NCBI GenBank assembly: GCA_963514005.1
Contig: OY740783.1
Coordinates: 55,304,001-55,368,000 of the forward strand
DNA length: 64,000 bases
Direction of reading: 5' to 3'
DNA from: Raja brachyura
Taxonomy: Eukaryota
Shown: one piece after another, positions 34,598 through 46,497 of the stretch
Layout: each line of letters begins with the position of its first letter
How positions within the stretch are numbered: the stretch's first letter is position 1
Made by a program: the position numbers and the translations under genes
Notes under the pieces: generated by a model
Seen by the model: the letters and a program-made list of their open reading frames with translations, nothing else
Told to the model about the DNA's origin: nothing
The model's database searches: none

Positions 34598-35102
34598 ATG
34601 GTACAGAGAAGATTCACCAGACTGATTCCTGGGATGTCAGGACTTTCATATGAGGAAAGATTGGATAGACTCGGTTTGTACTCGATGGAATTTAGAAGAT
34701 TGAGGGGGGATCTTATAGAAACCTACAAAATTCTTAAGGGGTTGGACAAGCTAGATGCTGGAAGATTGTTCCCGATGTTGGGGGAGTCCAGAACAAGGGG
34801 TCACAGTCTAAGGATAAGGGGGAATTCCTTTAGGACCGAAATGAGGAAAACATTCTTTACACAGAGAGTGGTGAGTCTCTGGAATTCTCTGCCACAGAAG
34901 GTAGTTGAGGCCAGTTCATTGGCTATATTTAAGAGGGCGTTAGATGTGGCACTTGTGGCTAAAGGGATCAGGGGGTATGGAGAGAAGGCAGGTACGGGAT
35001 ACTGAGTTGGATGATCAGCCATGATCACATTGAATGGCGGTGCAGGCTCGAAGGGCCGAATGGCCTACTCCTGCACCTATTTTCTATGTTTCTATGTTTC
35101 TA
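34598..35102 (+). mobile_element. CR1 LINE 3' fragment
   Basis: VQRRFTRLIPGMSGLSYEERLDRLGLYSMEFRRLRGDLIETYKILKG...FFTQRVVSLWNSLP; 3' UTR ending in (TTTCTATG)n. Confidence 0.9.
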
Positions 35103-35311
35103 ATATACTTGCCTAGCTATCCTTAGGTTCAGGAGCAGGTTCTTCCCTTCCACCTACACACCAACCTCCAAATAGGCTCCGAACTATATAGACTTGGGAC
35201 GGGACATATGACAATAAAACATTCTTGACTCTTGACCTCCCAGTCTGGCTCACCTGACTGCACCTTCCAACTAACAATCTCATTTTAGCTCCCAACCTCA
35301 TCTAATCACAG

Positions 35312-35404
35312 GGTTACACAAAAAGCTGGAGAAACTCAGCGGGTGCAGCAGCATCTAAGGAGCGAAGGAGATAGGCGACGTTTCGGGTCGAGACCCTTCT
35401 TCAG
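35312..35404 (-). mobile_element. 93-bp Penelope-pLTR-like element with hammerhead ribozyme core and 12-bp TSD
   Basis: Minus strand CTGAAGA-A-GGGTC-TC-GACCC-GAAAC-GTC (35404-35377); TSD atctaatcacag at 35300-35311 and 35405-35416. Confidence 0.7.
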
Positions 35405-35780
35405 ATCTAATCACAGATCTATCATCTCCACCCTGTCCACAGGTCCATCAACTGCTCTTGTATTCATCTACAATTGACGCCTCTCCATCCCACTAACTTC
35501 CAGCAGTTAATCCTTACCCCAGCCCCCTTTACAATCTATCATTTGACTCCCTCAAACATTCCATCTCAACCTTTGCATCCCAGCATATATCCACTTTTCA
35601 CCCTTTCAGCTCCTGATCCAACAATCCCACCGTCACCCATTCCCAAAAGCCTCTGATTCACCTGATTTTCTTTGTATACACCACAATGGCAAAGCAGGTG
35701 GACAAATTGCTTGCTCACCCTATCCTGCCTGTTTAGTACCACAGGAAGTTTGGAGTTTCATGCACCACTGAACTTCCCAT

Positions 35781-35872
35781 CTGAAGAAGGATCTCGACCC
35801 GAAACATCACCCATTCTTTATCTCCAGAGATGCTGCCTATCCCGCTGAGTTATTCCAGCTTTTTGTGTCTAT
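35781..35872 (+). mobile_element. About 90-bp element of the same family with degenerate hammerhead core and 10-bp TSD
   Basis: CTGAAGAAGGATCTCGACCCGAAACATC at 35781-35808; TSD cttcccatct at 35773-35782 and 35873-35882. Confidence 0.68.
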
Positions 35873-36763
35873 CTTCCCATCTTCAGACCTTTCACCAAAG
35901 TGTTTGTTGATCTGCTGGACATCAGCTGTTTAACTCTCCTGAACATGGGCAATTGAATTGCTTGCCAATTGCCTACAAAATGTGTGAAAAGGGGGAAGTG
36001 AAAAGTGGAAGAAAATTAATAGTCCAACTCACCACCGATCTGAAGCATTCTGAAGCAATTGGAATATTAAGCCAATTCAGTTTAAAAAAAAACATATTCA
36101 GAAATAAATGAACAGAAACTTTGACCATTGTGCTCAAGATTAATGGGAAATGTAATAAACGTTCATAGTATGTTGCTCTATTTTCCATGGGAACAAACTT
36201 ATACTTGTGGCCCATCCTCACTAAATGAGCAGCACACAAACCATCTCTACACGTAAATTACGCATTCAAAACGCCAAAGAGGAGAGACTCAAACCAGACA
36301 ACAGAACAGAAATACTCCCTATCATGAGAAAGGAGCATTTCAGACTAATAATCATTCATTTGTAATAGTTTTAACTCCCATCAGAGAGCATAGGAATTTG
36401 ACAAGCTTTGGAATGGTTTATACATTACCACTTATGAACCTAATTTGAAACTTGTTCATATGAGAGGAAATCGTCACTCATTGCTTCATCTCTCTTCCAG
36501 GGTTTGAAGAGTAGACTTATTTTTTGATAAATACTTTATCAGTTAATAATTCACAAAGCAACCATTCTAATTGAAAATACTGTATATCCTTTACTTAAGC
36601 CACTGAGTTTTCATTTTAGAAAACTGATCAAAAGTAAGCTGTGTATTGGAAAGATGGCATGACTATGGCGTCACCTATAATTTAGGTTGGTTGTGTTCAA
36701 AATATTTACTGTATTATCGTCTCATTGGTGAGAGTAATGAACTGGGTGATCTCTGTATTTTAG

Positions 36764-36871
36764 GGTGTTTGGAGGTGGTGTTGGTCAGAATGTGCCGTGC
36801 CTTTAACCCACTCAACAACACAGTGCTCTTTGAGGGAAAATACGGAGGCATGCAAATATTCAAAGCTCTCG
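36764..36871 (+). CDS. RORB: RORB coding exon ([36 protein letters not shown])
   Basis: Near-identical to the ROR-beta peptide as I recall it; tttag acceptor, gtaaga donor; 108 nt, phase 1-1. Confidence 0.95.
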
Positions 36872-37004
36872 GTAAGATAAGGCTCTACAACTCTTTGTGA
36901 TTTCAAATCTTTTCAATGTACAGATTAAATTACCTCACCACTCATCATGCAGGATAGAGCCGAAGGTGCCTACATCAGGGAGAAAGGCGCAGTTTAGGAG
37001 GTCT

Positions 37005-37305
37005 AGTTTAGTTTAAGAGATACAAGAGTGGAAACAGGCCCCTCTCACCAAGTCCAAACCAACCAGCAATCACTCCTTACTCTATAGTACTATCCTACAC
37101 ACTAGGACAATTTACAGTAGTCAATCTATCTACAAACCTGTACGTCTTTGGAGTATGGGATGGAACCGGAGCAATCAGAAAAAACCCAGGCAGTCACGAT
37201 AGAAATGCACAAACTCCGTACAGACAACAGACCATTAGTCAGAATAGAACCCTGGTCTCTGGCGCTGTATCGCAGCAACTATACTGCTGTGCCACCGTGC
37301 AACCC
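37005..37305 (-). mobile_element. tRNA-derived SINE (V-SINE/HE1-like)
   Basis: Reverse complement of the family: GCACGGTGGCACAGCAG head, CGGAGTTTGTGCATTTCT core. Confidence 0.8.
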
Positions 37306-37612
37306 TAAAGGTCTTTGAAGTGCTTCTTCCTGAAGGTTTTGACTGCCCCTCTGTCTTTGATAACTTTACCCCCATCCTAGGCTCTCAGTCCGACAGTTCC
37401 TTGGGGGTTTGGGCACCACTGAGGAACCTGCATATGTAATGGCTCATAGTGTATAAGTGAGGTTCCTTTGCACTTTCTACCACTCAGTTCTGTGCTAATC
37501 ACGCAAAGAAGCTGCCAGGAGGCCAAAGTAAAAGATTCATGGGTATGCTTAAGGTCTCCATGAAATAAATACTGCACCCCTACTGACTCTTGGGACTGCA
37601 AATCATAAAAGT

Positions 37613-38012
37613 GCCACAGTGCACAGCAGGAAGAGCTACTGGCTCACAACGCCCAAGTCCCGGGTTCAATCCTGACCTCAGGTGTCGTCTGTCTAGAGTT
37701 TGCACCTACTCCCCATGGGTGCATGGATCTACTCTAGATGCTCCGGTTTCCTCCCACATCCCAAAGACAGTGATCACCCTGTACACTAACACTATCCTGC
37801 ACACTTGGGACAATTTACATTTTTTACCGAAGGCAATTAACCTACAAGCTGTATGTCTTTGGAGTGTGGGAGGAAACCGGAACACCTGGTGAAAACACAG
37901 GTGGTCACGGGGAGAACATACAAACTCCGTGCAGACAGCAACCGTAGTCAGGATCGAACAGGGGTTTCTGGTGCTATAAGGCAGCAGCTCTACCGCTACG
38001 CTACTGTGCCAT
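37613..38012. mobile_element. Two SINEs in inverted arrangement (+ 37613-37768, - 37770-38012)
   Basis: A plus copy with B box GGTTCAATCC is truncated after CACATCCCAAAGAC and immediately followed by a minus-strand copy. Confidence 0.75.
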
Positions 38013-38215
38013 CCTTGATGTGATATATAAAGCTGCCCGTTATTTTCTATGGTTTCAACTTGCCACGTTGCTCTTCCAATTATTCGACAGAGAAATAAGA
38101 CTAATGTCTTGATATGAATATCAATGGAAAGAAAATGTCAACACATTTTGAACAATTTTCATGTTACTATTCTTTGAGCTGTTCATCTTATGATTGCCAT
38201 TTGTTTCCCTCACAG

Positions 38216-38326
38216 GATGTGATGATCTAGTGAGTGCTGTCTTTGACTTTGCTAAAAGTTTATGCTCCCTCCAGCTGACAGAGGAAGAAATAGCTCTGTT
38301 CTCTGCTGCTGTTCTGATATCGCCAG
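38216..38326 (+). CDS. RORB: RORB coding exon ([37 protein letters not shown])
   Basis: Translated by hand (not in the ORF track); cacag acceptor, gtgtgt donor; 111 nt, phase 1-1; typical ROR LBD helices. Confidence 0.94.
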
Positions 38327-38432
38327 GTGTGTGTTCATCTACCATACACAAGCAAGTTTGAGACTATATTTCAGACCTAGATATCTGATGCAATAGTCTA
38401 GTTCATTCATTCTTTACATGGATCTCACATTA

Positions 38433-39200
38433 TAGAAACATAGAAACATAGAATAATAGGTGACCCTTCGAGCCAGCACCGCCATTCATTATGATTATGG
38501 CTGATCATCTAAAATCAGTATCCCGTTCCTGCTTTTTCCCCATATTCGTTGATCCCTTTAGCCCGAAGAGCTAAATCTAACTCTCTCTTGAAAACATCCA
38601 GTGAATTGGCTTCCACTGCCTTCTGTGGCAGATAATTCCACATTCACAACTCTCCGGGTGGAGAAGTTGTTCCTCATCTCAGTCCTAAATGGCTTACCCT
38701 TTATTCTTAAACTGTGACCTCTGGTTCTGGACTCCCCCAACATCGGGATCATTTTTCCTGCATCTAGCCTGTCCAATCATTTAAGAATTTTATATGATTC
38801 TATAAGATCCCCTCTCATCCTTCTAAATTCCAGTGAATACAAGCCCAGTCGACCTATTCTTTCATCATATGTCAATCCTACCATCCCGGGAATTACCCTG
38901 GTGAAACTACGCTGCACTCCCTCAATAGCAATAATGTCCTTTCTCAAATTAGGAGACTAAAATTGCACACAATACTCCAGGTGTGGTCTCACCAGAGCCC
39001 TCGCAATGAAGGGCAACATGCCATTAGCTTTCTTCATTGCCTGCTGTACCTGCATGCTTACTTTCAGTGATTGATGTACAGGCACACTCAGGTCTCGTTG
39101 CACCTCCCCTTTTCCTAATCTGATACCATTCAGATAATAATCTGCCTTCCTGTTCTTGCCACCAAAGTGGATAGCCTCACATTTATCCGCATTTTACTGC
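38433..39200 (-). mobile_element. CR1 LINE 3' fragment
   Basis: Reverse-complement counterpart of the 34598-35102 sequence extended further 5'; (CATAGAAA)n tail on + strand; peptide DRLDAGKMIPMLGESRTRGHSLRIKG. Confidence 0.88.
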
Positions 39201-39517
39201 AGTTATAGTTTGAGAGTTATACAGCGTGGAAACAGGTCCTTCGGCCAAACTTGCCCATACCAACCAATATGCCCTTCTATACTAGTCCCACCTGCCTGTG
39301 TTGGGCCCATACCCTTCCAAACCTGACTTATCCAAGTACCTGTCCAAATGTTTCTTAAACGTTTGTACATGCCTCCACTCCAGCAGCTCGTTCCATATAC
39401 CCACCATCCGTTGTATAAAAATGTTACCCCTCAGGTTCCTATTAAATCTATCCCCCGAACCATGAACCTGTGCCCTCTTTAGTGACCATTCTTCTGTATT
39501 CTCCTCACATCCTTCAG

Positions 39518-39630
39518 ATCGACCATGGTTAATGGAACCGAGGAAGGTTCAAAAGCTACAGGAAAAGGTTTATTTTGCACTACAGCACGTGATTCAGAAA
39601 AATCACCTGGACGATGACACATTAGCAAAG
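39518..39630 (+). CDS. RORB: RORB coding exon ([38 protein letters not shown])
   Basis: Translated by hand; ttcag acceptor, gtaatt donor; 113 nt, phase 1 to phase 0. Confidence 0.94.
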
Positions 39631-39934
39631 GTAATTGTTGAGCTGATTCATTGATCAAATGGGAGGGTTGGAGATGGGAAGGCACCCTGATATGATCAGT
39701 TGGGAGTACAAATGGAATAGACCTGGCTTAACTGAAATTTTCTCAGTAATACCAAAACTGTCTGCAGGACACACAGACTTTTCTGTGACAACTAGACAGG
39801 TTTTTTTTTCTATGGATTTTAAAGGAATTAATCTACTATTGTGTTACCTTCGGATATGAATGATCAAGGGTATAACATTTATCCTGTCAATAATGCAAAC
39901 AATGAATTTAGCATAAGAACATGACAGGACATTT

Positions 39935-40240
39935 AATTTAGTTTTAACGTTAGTAATACAGCATGGAAAAATGCCCTTCTACCCACTGAATCAACACTGG
40001 TTCTGTTATCCCGCTTTCTCATCCACTCCCTACACACTGTGGGCAATTTACAGAGATCGATTAACCTACAAACCTGCACGTCTTTAGGATGTGGGAGGAA
40101 ACAGGAGCACCCGGAGGAAACCCACGCAGTCAGAGGGAGAACGTGCAAACTCCACACAGATCTTTACCCGAGGTCAGGATTGAACCGGGTCTTTGGTGGT
40201 GTGGGGCAAGAGTTCTGCCAGCTGCTCCACTGTGCTGCCT
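39935..40240 (-). mobile_element. tRNA-derived SINE (V-SINE/HE1-like)
   Basis: Minus strand GGTTCAATCCTGACCTCGGG and GTGTGGAGTTTGCACGTTCTCCC. Confidence 0.82.
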
Positions 40241-41061
40241 TCTGTATTGTTGACATAAAACAAATAACAAGATTATTTCAGTCCCTTGGATGGTTTAATC
40301 ATTGGATGTCACTTATAACTGTGAAGTATCCTGTTACTTTAATTTATTAACAAATTCAATATCGAACTGCCACTAGATATTAGGATTTTGAACTACATTT
40401 AACATTTGTCTTCCCATAATGTTTTATTGTGGGAAATTGGTTCACACATATCAAGCAAGATCTAGTGGAGATGATAGGAACACTCAAACAAGGAAGAAGA
40501 AAACACAAAGTGCTGGAATAACTCGGCAGGTCAGGCAGCGTATTTGGAGGACATGGATAGACAAAGTTTCAGGTCAGGATCCCTATCCATGTTCTCTAGA
40601 GATGTTCCCAGATTCGCTGCATTACTCTCCAGCACATTGTGTTCTATGCAAGATTGCAACATCTGTTGTTTCTTGTGTCACCAAAGAAGGAGAGAAAATC
40701 AATGAATTATCAATCCACTGAATAGTTTAAACACACATCCATTCAGGTTGAAGTTGAACCTGTGCAAATTATCAGTGGAATACTATTTGCAACCATTAAC
40801 TTCACAACTTCTGCTGAGATAAAAATGTCAAATACAGATTAAATCCATCTGATTTGGACAAGAATGCCTAGCTTAGTTAAGCTTGATGGCAGCAAGGAAA
40901 ACAAAATTCAGCTTGAACCTATCCAATGCTAATTTTTGTTTTTCTCGTTTATCTCCATTTGGTGGCAATTAGCATTATAAATCTATTTTTTCTTCTGGGA
41001 ACCTCACGTTTGAAAGTGTCTGAAGATAGGCACAAAAAGCTGACATAACTCAGTGGGTCAG

Positions 41062-41960
41062 CAATGCCGGATTTACCTACAGACTTTGTAGGCTGAAGCC
41101 TAGGGCCTCAAAATCTAGGGGGCCTCCGGCCAAGGTGTATAATATTTTTGAAACTGTCATAGGCCTTTCTTATATATGCTGTCACAACGCACTGTAGTCT
41201 CTAAACAACCCTTCAGTAATTTTCCTTGCCCTCCATTTCAGAATAATACTGCTTTAAGCTGATAACTCGACACTAGCACTGGCAATAAATACATTTTAAA
41301 GAAGCGCAGCTTTCCAGCCCCTTATCTCATTGGCCACACTCAGCTGCATATCGGTGTCAATCTGGTGGCACCGGGTCCAGCAAACTTTCACACCTGCTCC
41401 AGTAAGCAGCAATGACAGGTGCAGGGAACATCTTTAGATACTTGCAGGCTTCAAAAGCCAAAAATCAGGGGTAAGTAGGAAAGTGCAAAGATATTTGAAC
41501 TAGGATGTTGGCAAGGAGCAGTGATAGGGGTAGAGCTGAGAATCATTGCTGGAAACCTACTGTGTAGTGCCATGGCTGCCACTGTCAGGTTAGTAATAAA
41601 ACTAAGCTTATTTGTAGCATCTTTGTTAACAACAGGAAAAAGCATACTCGTTTTGTAGACGGTTTTTGGAAGCAGATTTGATTCGGATTTGATTCAGATT
41701 TTGCAATATAATTGTCAATAAGGAACAATTCTTTAGGAAATATTTCCCAAATATTATACAGAAAAATAATAATAACATTTTATGTCCTTTAGAGAAGGAA
41801 TTGCAAATTGTGGAATTTAAAACACCCATCATCATCCTTGGCTTTACTCAAATTATTTAAAACACTCTTCCATCTTACCTTAGTCGTGGGGGTGGGGGTG
41901 GGGGTGTGGGCCTCACAAGTGGAATAGCCTAGGGCCTCTCTTCATCTAAATCCGGCACTG
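41062..41960. mobile_element. hAT-type non-autonomous DNA transposon
   Basis: 14-bp TIRs CAATGCCGGATTTA / TAAATCCGGCACTG (1 mismatch); 8-bp TSD tgggtcag (41054-41061) / cgggtcag (41961-41968); subterminal GCCTAGGGCCTC at both ends; splits an older short repeat. Confidence 0.82.
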
Positions 41961-42148
41961 CGGGTCAGGCAACATCTCTGGAGGAAAGCAATAGGTGACA
42001 CTTCGGGGTGAGACCCTTCTTCAAACTGAGTGACCATGTTAGTTCGGATTTGCTGCTAAATTGTTAATGACACTGTCAAAATGGCAAAATGGTTGAGGGG
42101 AACATAGCAGAGTTTACAGTTGTATTCTATTTTTTACTCTTCTTTCAG

Positions 42149-42304
42149 CTGATCTCCAGATTACCAACTTTAACTGCACTTTGCAACCTGCACACCGACA
42201 AGCTCCAAGCATTCAAGCTGTTGCACCCAGAGACTGCAAACAGCCTGTTCCCTCCCCTGTATAAGGAGCTATTTAACCCAGACTCTTCAGCCATCCCCAA
42301 GTGA
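42149..42304 (+). CDS. RORB: RORB terminal coding exon ([51 protein letters not shown]-stop)
   Basis: AF-2 motif PPLYKELF characteristic of RORs; strong pyrimidine tract plus cag acceptor; TGA at 42302-42304. Confidence 0.95.
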   Translation: MISRLPTLTALCNLHTDKLQAFKLLHPETANSLFPPLYKELFNPDSSAIPK

Positions 42305-43000
42305 CGGTGATGGCTGAAACATGCTACTGCGCTTGGAACAAAGCTCTCTTCAGACAAAGGCACATAATGTGTTCATTCAAGACTTCTAAATGGAAAAAAA
42401 AAATCACTACTGCAACACTAGGAATGTCCTGCACTTAAATAGATTCTTTTTCACCACTACCGATTAAAGAATGTAAATACTGCACCTGACCTGGAGCTTT
42501 GTGGAACCGGTCAGAAAATGTACAAAAGTTAAGTCATTCTTCTTTTATCTGTTTTGGGGGTAAGTTTTAACAATCAGATGCTGGTTAATGCTGTTTTATA
42601 ACTAGAACCGTGATTTCACAGTATTATTCTTTCTATTTGTGGCTTGGACATAATTTAAGAAATTCGGCCTTCTAGGCTTAACTGTTTCCATGTGTATTTT
42701 CTTTTTGTCATTTTTTTTGTTGAGTCTTGTAATTTAATTTTTGATGTCTTTGAGAATTTGACATTTCCAATATATGTCCGAAAAAATATGTTGGGAAAAA
42801 GTGTAGGAGAGAAAAGGATATAAACAAAAGCCTTGTCTGGTTTGTTGAGAAATTCAGTGTGGATTCTGGTATATTATATGTAAAGAGGGTTTTAGGGATT
42901 TGTTGCCTGTAAATGTAAATTCTAGATTAAAAAAAAACACTAGTTTTCCACATTAAACTATATTTTTATGTAGAAAGTTGCACAGAATGACAAAAAACAC
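42305..43000 (+). promoter_or_regulatory. RORB: RORB proximal 3' UTR (end not determined)
   Basis: AU-rich sequence directly after the stop codon; contains a Pumilio element TGTAAATA (42472-42479) and several ATTAAA hexamers; the true cleavage site cannot be read from sequence. Confidence 0.6.
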
Positions 43001-43559
43001 AAAACAAAAAAGATAGAAAATGGTCTTTTAGCCACAGTGACGCCCACCAAATCATTATGATGGAAGCTTTAATGGACTTTTTAAATGATAGTTGGTGTCC
43101 CGGTGTATTTCAAATAAGAAATGGTAATAAGTAATGATGTTCTACAGGATTTTTAGGATGTATTTTTATCATCCCATGGCAAATTGACAGTCAGTGAAAA
43201 ACTGTCAATGTTACAAGATCATTCAATAATATTGGTAATATGGTTCCCTCAGTCATTGTTTTGCGTACAAAGTCTGATTTTTGTCATCGATGATGCTCCA
43301 TTTTAAAAGACTGGGCGTTATATAAGACCACTCCTGCAAATGGTCAACAGGATGGCAATGCATGAACAGTGGAACAGTGCCAACACCGCACTGTCTGCTA
43401 ATCAACATAATTGTAACATCCAGTCTGCAAAGTTATGTGGAGGGGAGGTAGGTGGTCTAATTTAGTGAGTTACTATCCTCAGCTAAAGAGGAGGCATGCA
43501 GTATTCTGTCTGGGAATCTTTGAAGAAAGACACAGCAATGGAGATTTTCAAGTCTTCAC

Positions 43560-43927
43560 ATGCGGGGAGACTTGATTGAAGTAGATAAAATCTTGAGAGG
43601 CATAGATATTGTTGACAGTCAGAACCACTTTCCCAGGATGGAAAAATCAAATACTGGAAGGCATGGCTTTAAGGTGAAGTTTAAAGGAGATGCATGGGGC
43701 AATGTATTTACACAGAGGATGGTGAATGTCTTCAACACACTGCCGGGGTTGGTGGTTGAGGCAGATACGAATGCGGCATTTAAGAGACCTTTGGATAGAC
43801 ATGTGGATATGCAGGGAATGAATGGATATGAATTATGTGCAGGTGGATAAGTGATGGTCTTGGCATCATGTTTGGTAAAGACGTTGTGGGCCAAAGGGCC
43901 TGATCCTGTGCTGTACTGTTCTATGTC
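43560..43927 (+). mobile_element. CR1 LINE 3' fragment
   Basis: MRGDLIEVDKILRGIDIVDSQNHFP...FTQRMVNVFNTLP; tail ending TGTTCTATG. Confidence 0.8.
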
Positions 43928-45074
43928 TTGGTAGAAACTGTGGTAAGAAGGAAAGGTGAAGAAAATTTGCAGTACACTGGAGACCAGCCAGACAAGGTTA
44001 AGACAATGACCCATGGAAGTTACTTAAATCTCTGCATCCAGGTTTTCAGGCTTGGCCAAAGGATGGAAACCTGGATACAGAGCTGTGTGTCTGATGACCT
44101 CACTTGGTGGCCAAGGTCTGTACTCTGTCATGTGAAGCACTCTCCTCCAACAAATTCTTATGAATCTCCCACCAACAATCTCCATCATATTAATCAAGAG
44201 TCACACACTCTTTCAAACATTTAGCACAGCTGCAAGGTCAAAGCCAGATGTCACAGATTGCACACAGGGCCAGCTGTTCATCCATGAAAGCCTCTCACTC
44301 TAACATAAGTATAGCAATAATTGACGCACTTCCCTTCTCCCAGGTCAAGGTGCCATGCGAGTAAGTATGCAGGAACTAAAGTAGGAGGGCAAGTGTACAT
44401 GTCAAAACCCCTGCAGCAGCCAGTAGTGAGCTTCATTGGGATGTCCGTTGTTGGAGTGGTGACAACGGCAGGACAAAATAATGGATGATAATGGCTTCCT
44501 CATTTCTTACGCTTCTTCTCACAACCCACCTCCCCTTAATTTGAGTTACAATTTATCAATCATTGGAACCAACCTTCCCCTCACCCCTAACACTAACCTA
44601 CATTAACTTGCAGCACAACCTCACCATAACTTCAATTGGCTTCCCATCTCCTTCCAGTTATTCAAGTATGCTGCCCAGCGATGCAATGGATGAGCATGGA
44701 GAAGGGGCACACTGGTGAAAATCAATTGACGTTTGATTTCATACTTGAAGTCAAAAAAATATATCCTGGCTTGGTGTTCATGGTAGAGGAAATGACATAG
44801 GCATAAGGTGAGGCGGTGGACACAAGAGGTTTGCAGTCAGGTTAAGAAGCAAGGATAGTGCAATTGTTGACCTACAGAAGTGACTTGGAAGAGGCCTTCA
44901 GGAAAAAGCTGTGCAAAATGAAATGTTTGTTGCATCACGATGTTCGTTGGACAGGCTGTGTTTACTGTCAAATAGATTGGAGGATTCAGGCACCAACTTG
45001 GCACAGGCCCACACGTAGCTTAGAACTCATCCCTCCCAGTGTGAACAGTGCCCAATTCCTTTCTCATCTTGCTC

Positions 45075-45345
45075 AAAAACAAAGTGCTGGAGAAACTCAG
45101 CAGGTTAGGCAGCATCCGTGGAAGGAAACGGTTGGCTGGTGTTTCAGGTCGGGACTCTTCTTCAGACTGATAATGTTTCAGGTTGGGATCCTCCCTTAGA
45201 TTGATGATGTTTCAGATCAGGACCTTTCTTCACACTGATGAAGAAGGGTCCCGACCTGAAACGTCCTTCCACAGATGTTGCATGACCTGCTGAGTTCTTC
45301 CAGCAGTTATATTTAGCTCAAGATTCCAGCATCAGCTGCTTCTTG
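45075..45345. repeat. Palindromic element with three tandem 34-bp antisense hammerhead-core units and one sense core
   Basis: GTTTCAG recurs at 45141, 45175 and 45209; sense TGAAGAAGGGTCCCGACCTGAAACGTC near 45239-45265. Confidence 0.65.
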
Positions 45346-46497
45346 TGCCTCCCTGCTCACATTTGAGGACCCAGACACAGTACAGCGGTGGCCAGTATGT
45401 CAGCTTCCCTTGTGGAACAGCCACCCAGCGTCCAATTGCTGCAATGAAAGTATGGACTGTTGTCTTGCACTGGCAGACACTGCAGCTGTTGACTATGGGT
45501 GGGGGGGGGCATTATTTGGAAGCACAGAATGGTAAGGACTCCCTAGAAATATGAACCATTTGAACACTTCGTATTCAGTTACCCAGCTTTGTGGCGGTGG
45601 TGGCTAACATTAACACAATACCACTTGTTTGAATAGGTTTGACAAACCCTGTCAAAAAGGTAAGTGACAAAACCATTTTACTTATATGGAATAGGCACTA
45701 TTTAATTTATAAACTTGGTCTGGAATATTTCTTCGAAGTGACACTGTGACCAAGTAAGCACTACAATGTTCTGTGACTGCGGGGGAGGTGGTGGGAAGGG
45801 ACTGGTTGAGAGGGCGAGGGTGAATGGAGAATTGTGCTTCCGACAACTAAGATTATCAATCAGCCACTCTTACTAGCCTGTCACAGACATGGCCATTTCG
45901 TCCATTTGCTTCTTGCTTCTCTCTCCGGCCACCTCCTCCTCTTTTACTACCACTAACCCTCCTGCTCTGCTGGCTGTGGTGACCAGGGGTTCTGAATGTG
46001 AAGTTATGCCGCATACACAACGCTACCTTAAGCCTTGGAATCTGTTCTGCTGTGAAGCACAGAGCTCCTCCAGAGCTGCTCCATTTCAACACTCAATGAG
46101 GCAGCATGGCGGCTGGGCACCTCATCAGCCAATTGATCTTTTCTTACAAATGTGGTGTGTTAAAAATAGCCATCGTAGCACAGTGACATTGTGACTGCTG
46201 CTAACTTATCAGTTGGATTCAATGCACAAGCCAGGTGAAAGATGGAATCAGTTACTTGTGTGGTACAGAGCAGAGCTGCTGAGTAAGATCTGAGAGTGTT
46301 GTACTTGCAGTCAATAACATCTGTGGAAAATCCTGAAATACTAACAGTCAAGTGCTCACTCTGCCCCCTAGCCTCTGGCAAGAGAGAGTGAAACATAACC
46401 TGTTCTCTTTGAACAGTGTTTCAGCATTCCCCCAAATATTAAATTGCAGGATGGTGCAACTATATCCAGCTAGAACCTGGAAGGAACTCAACTCATA

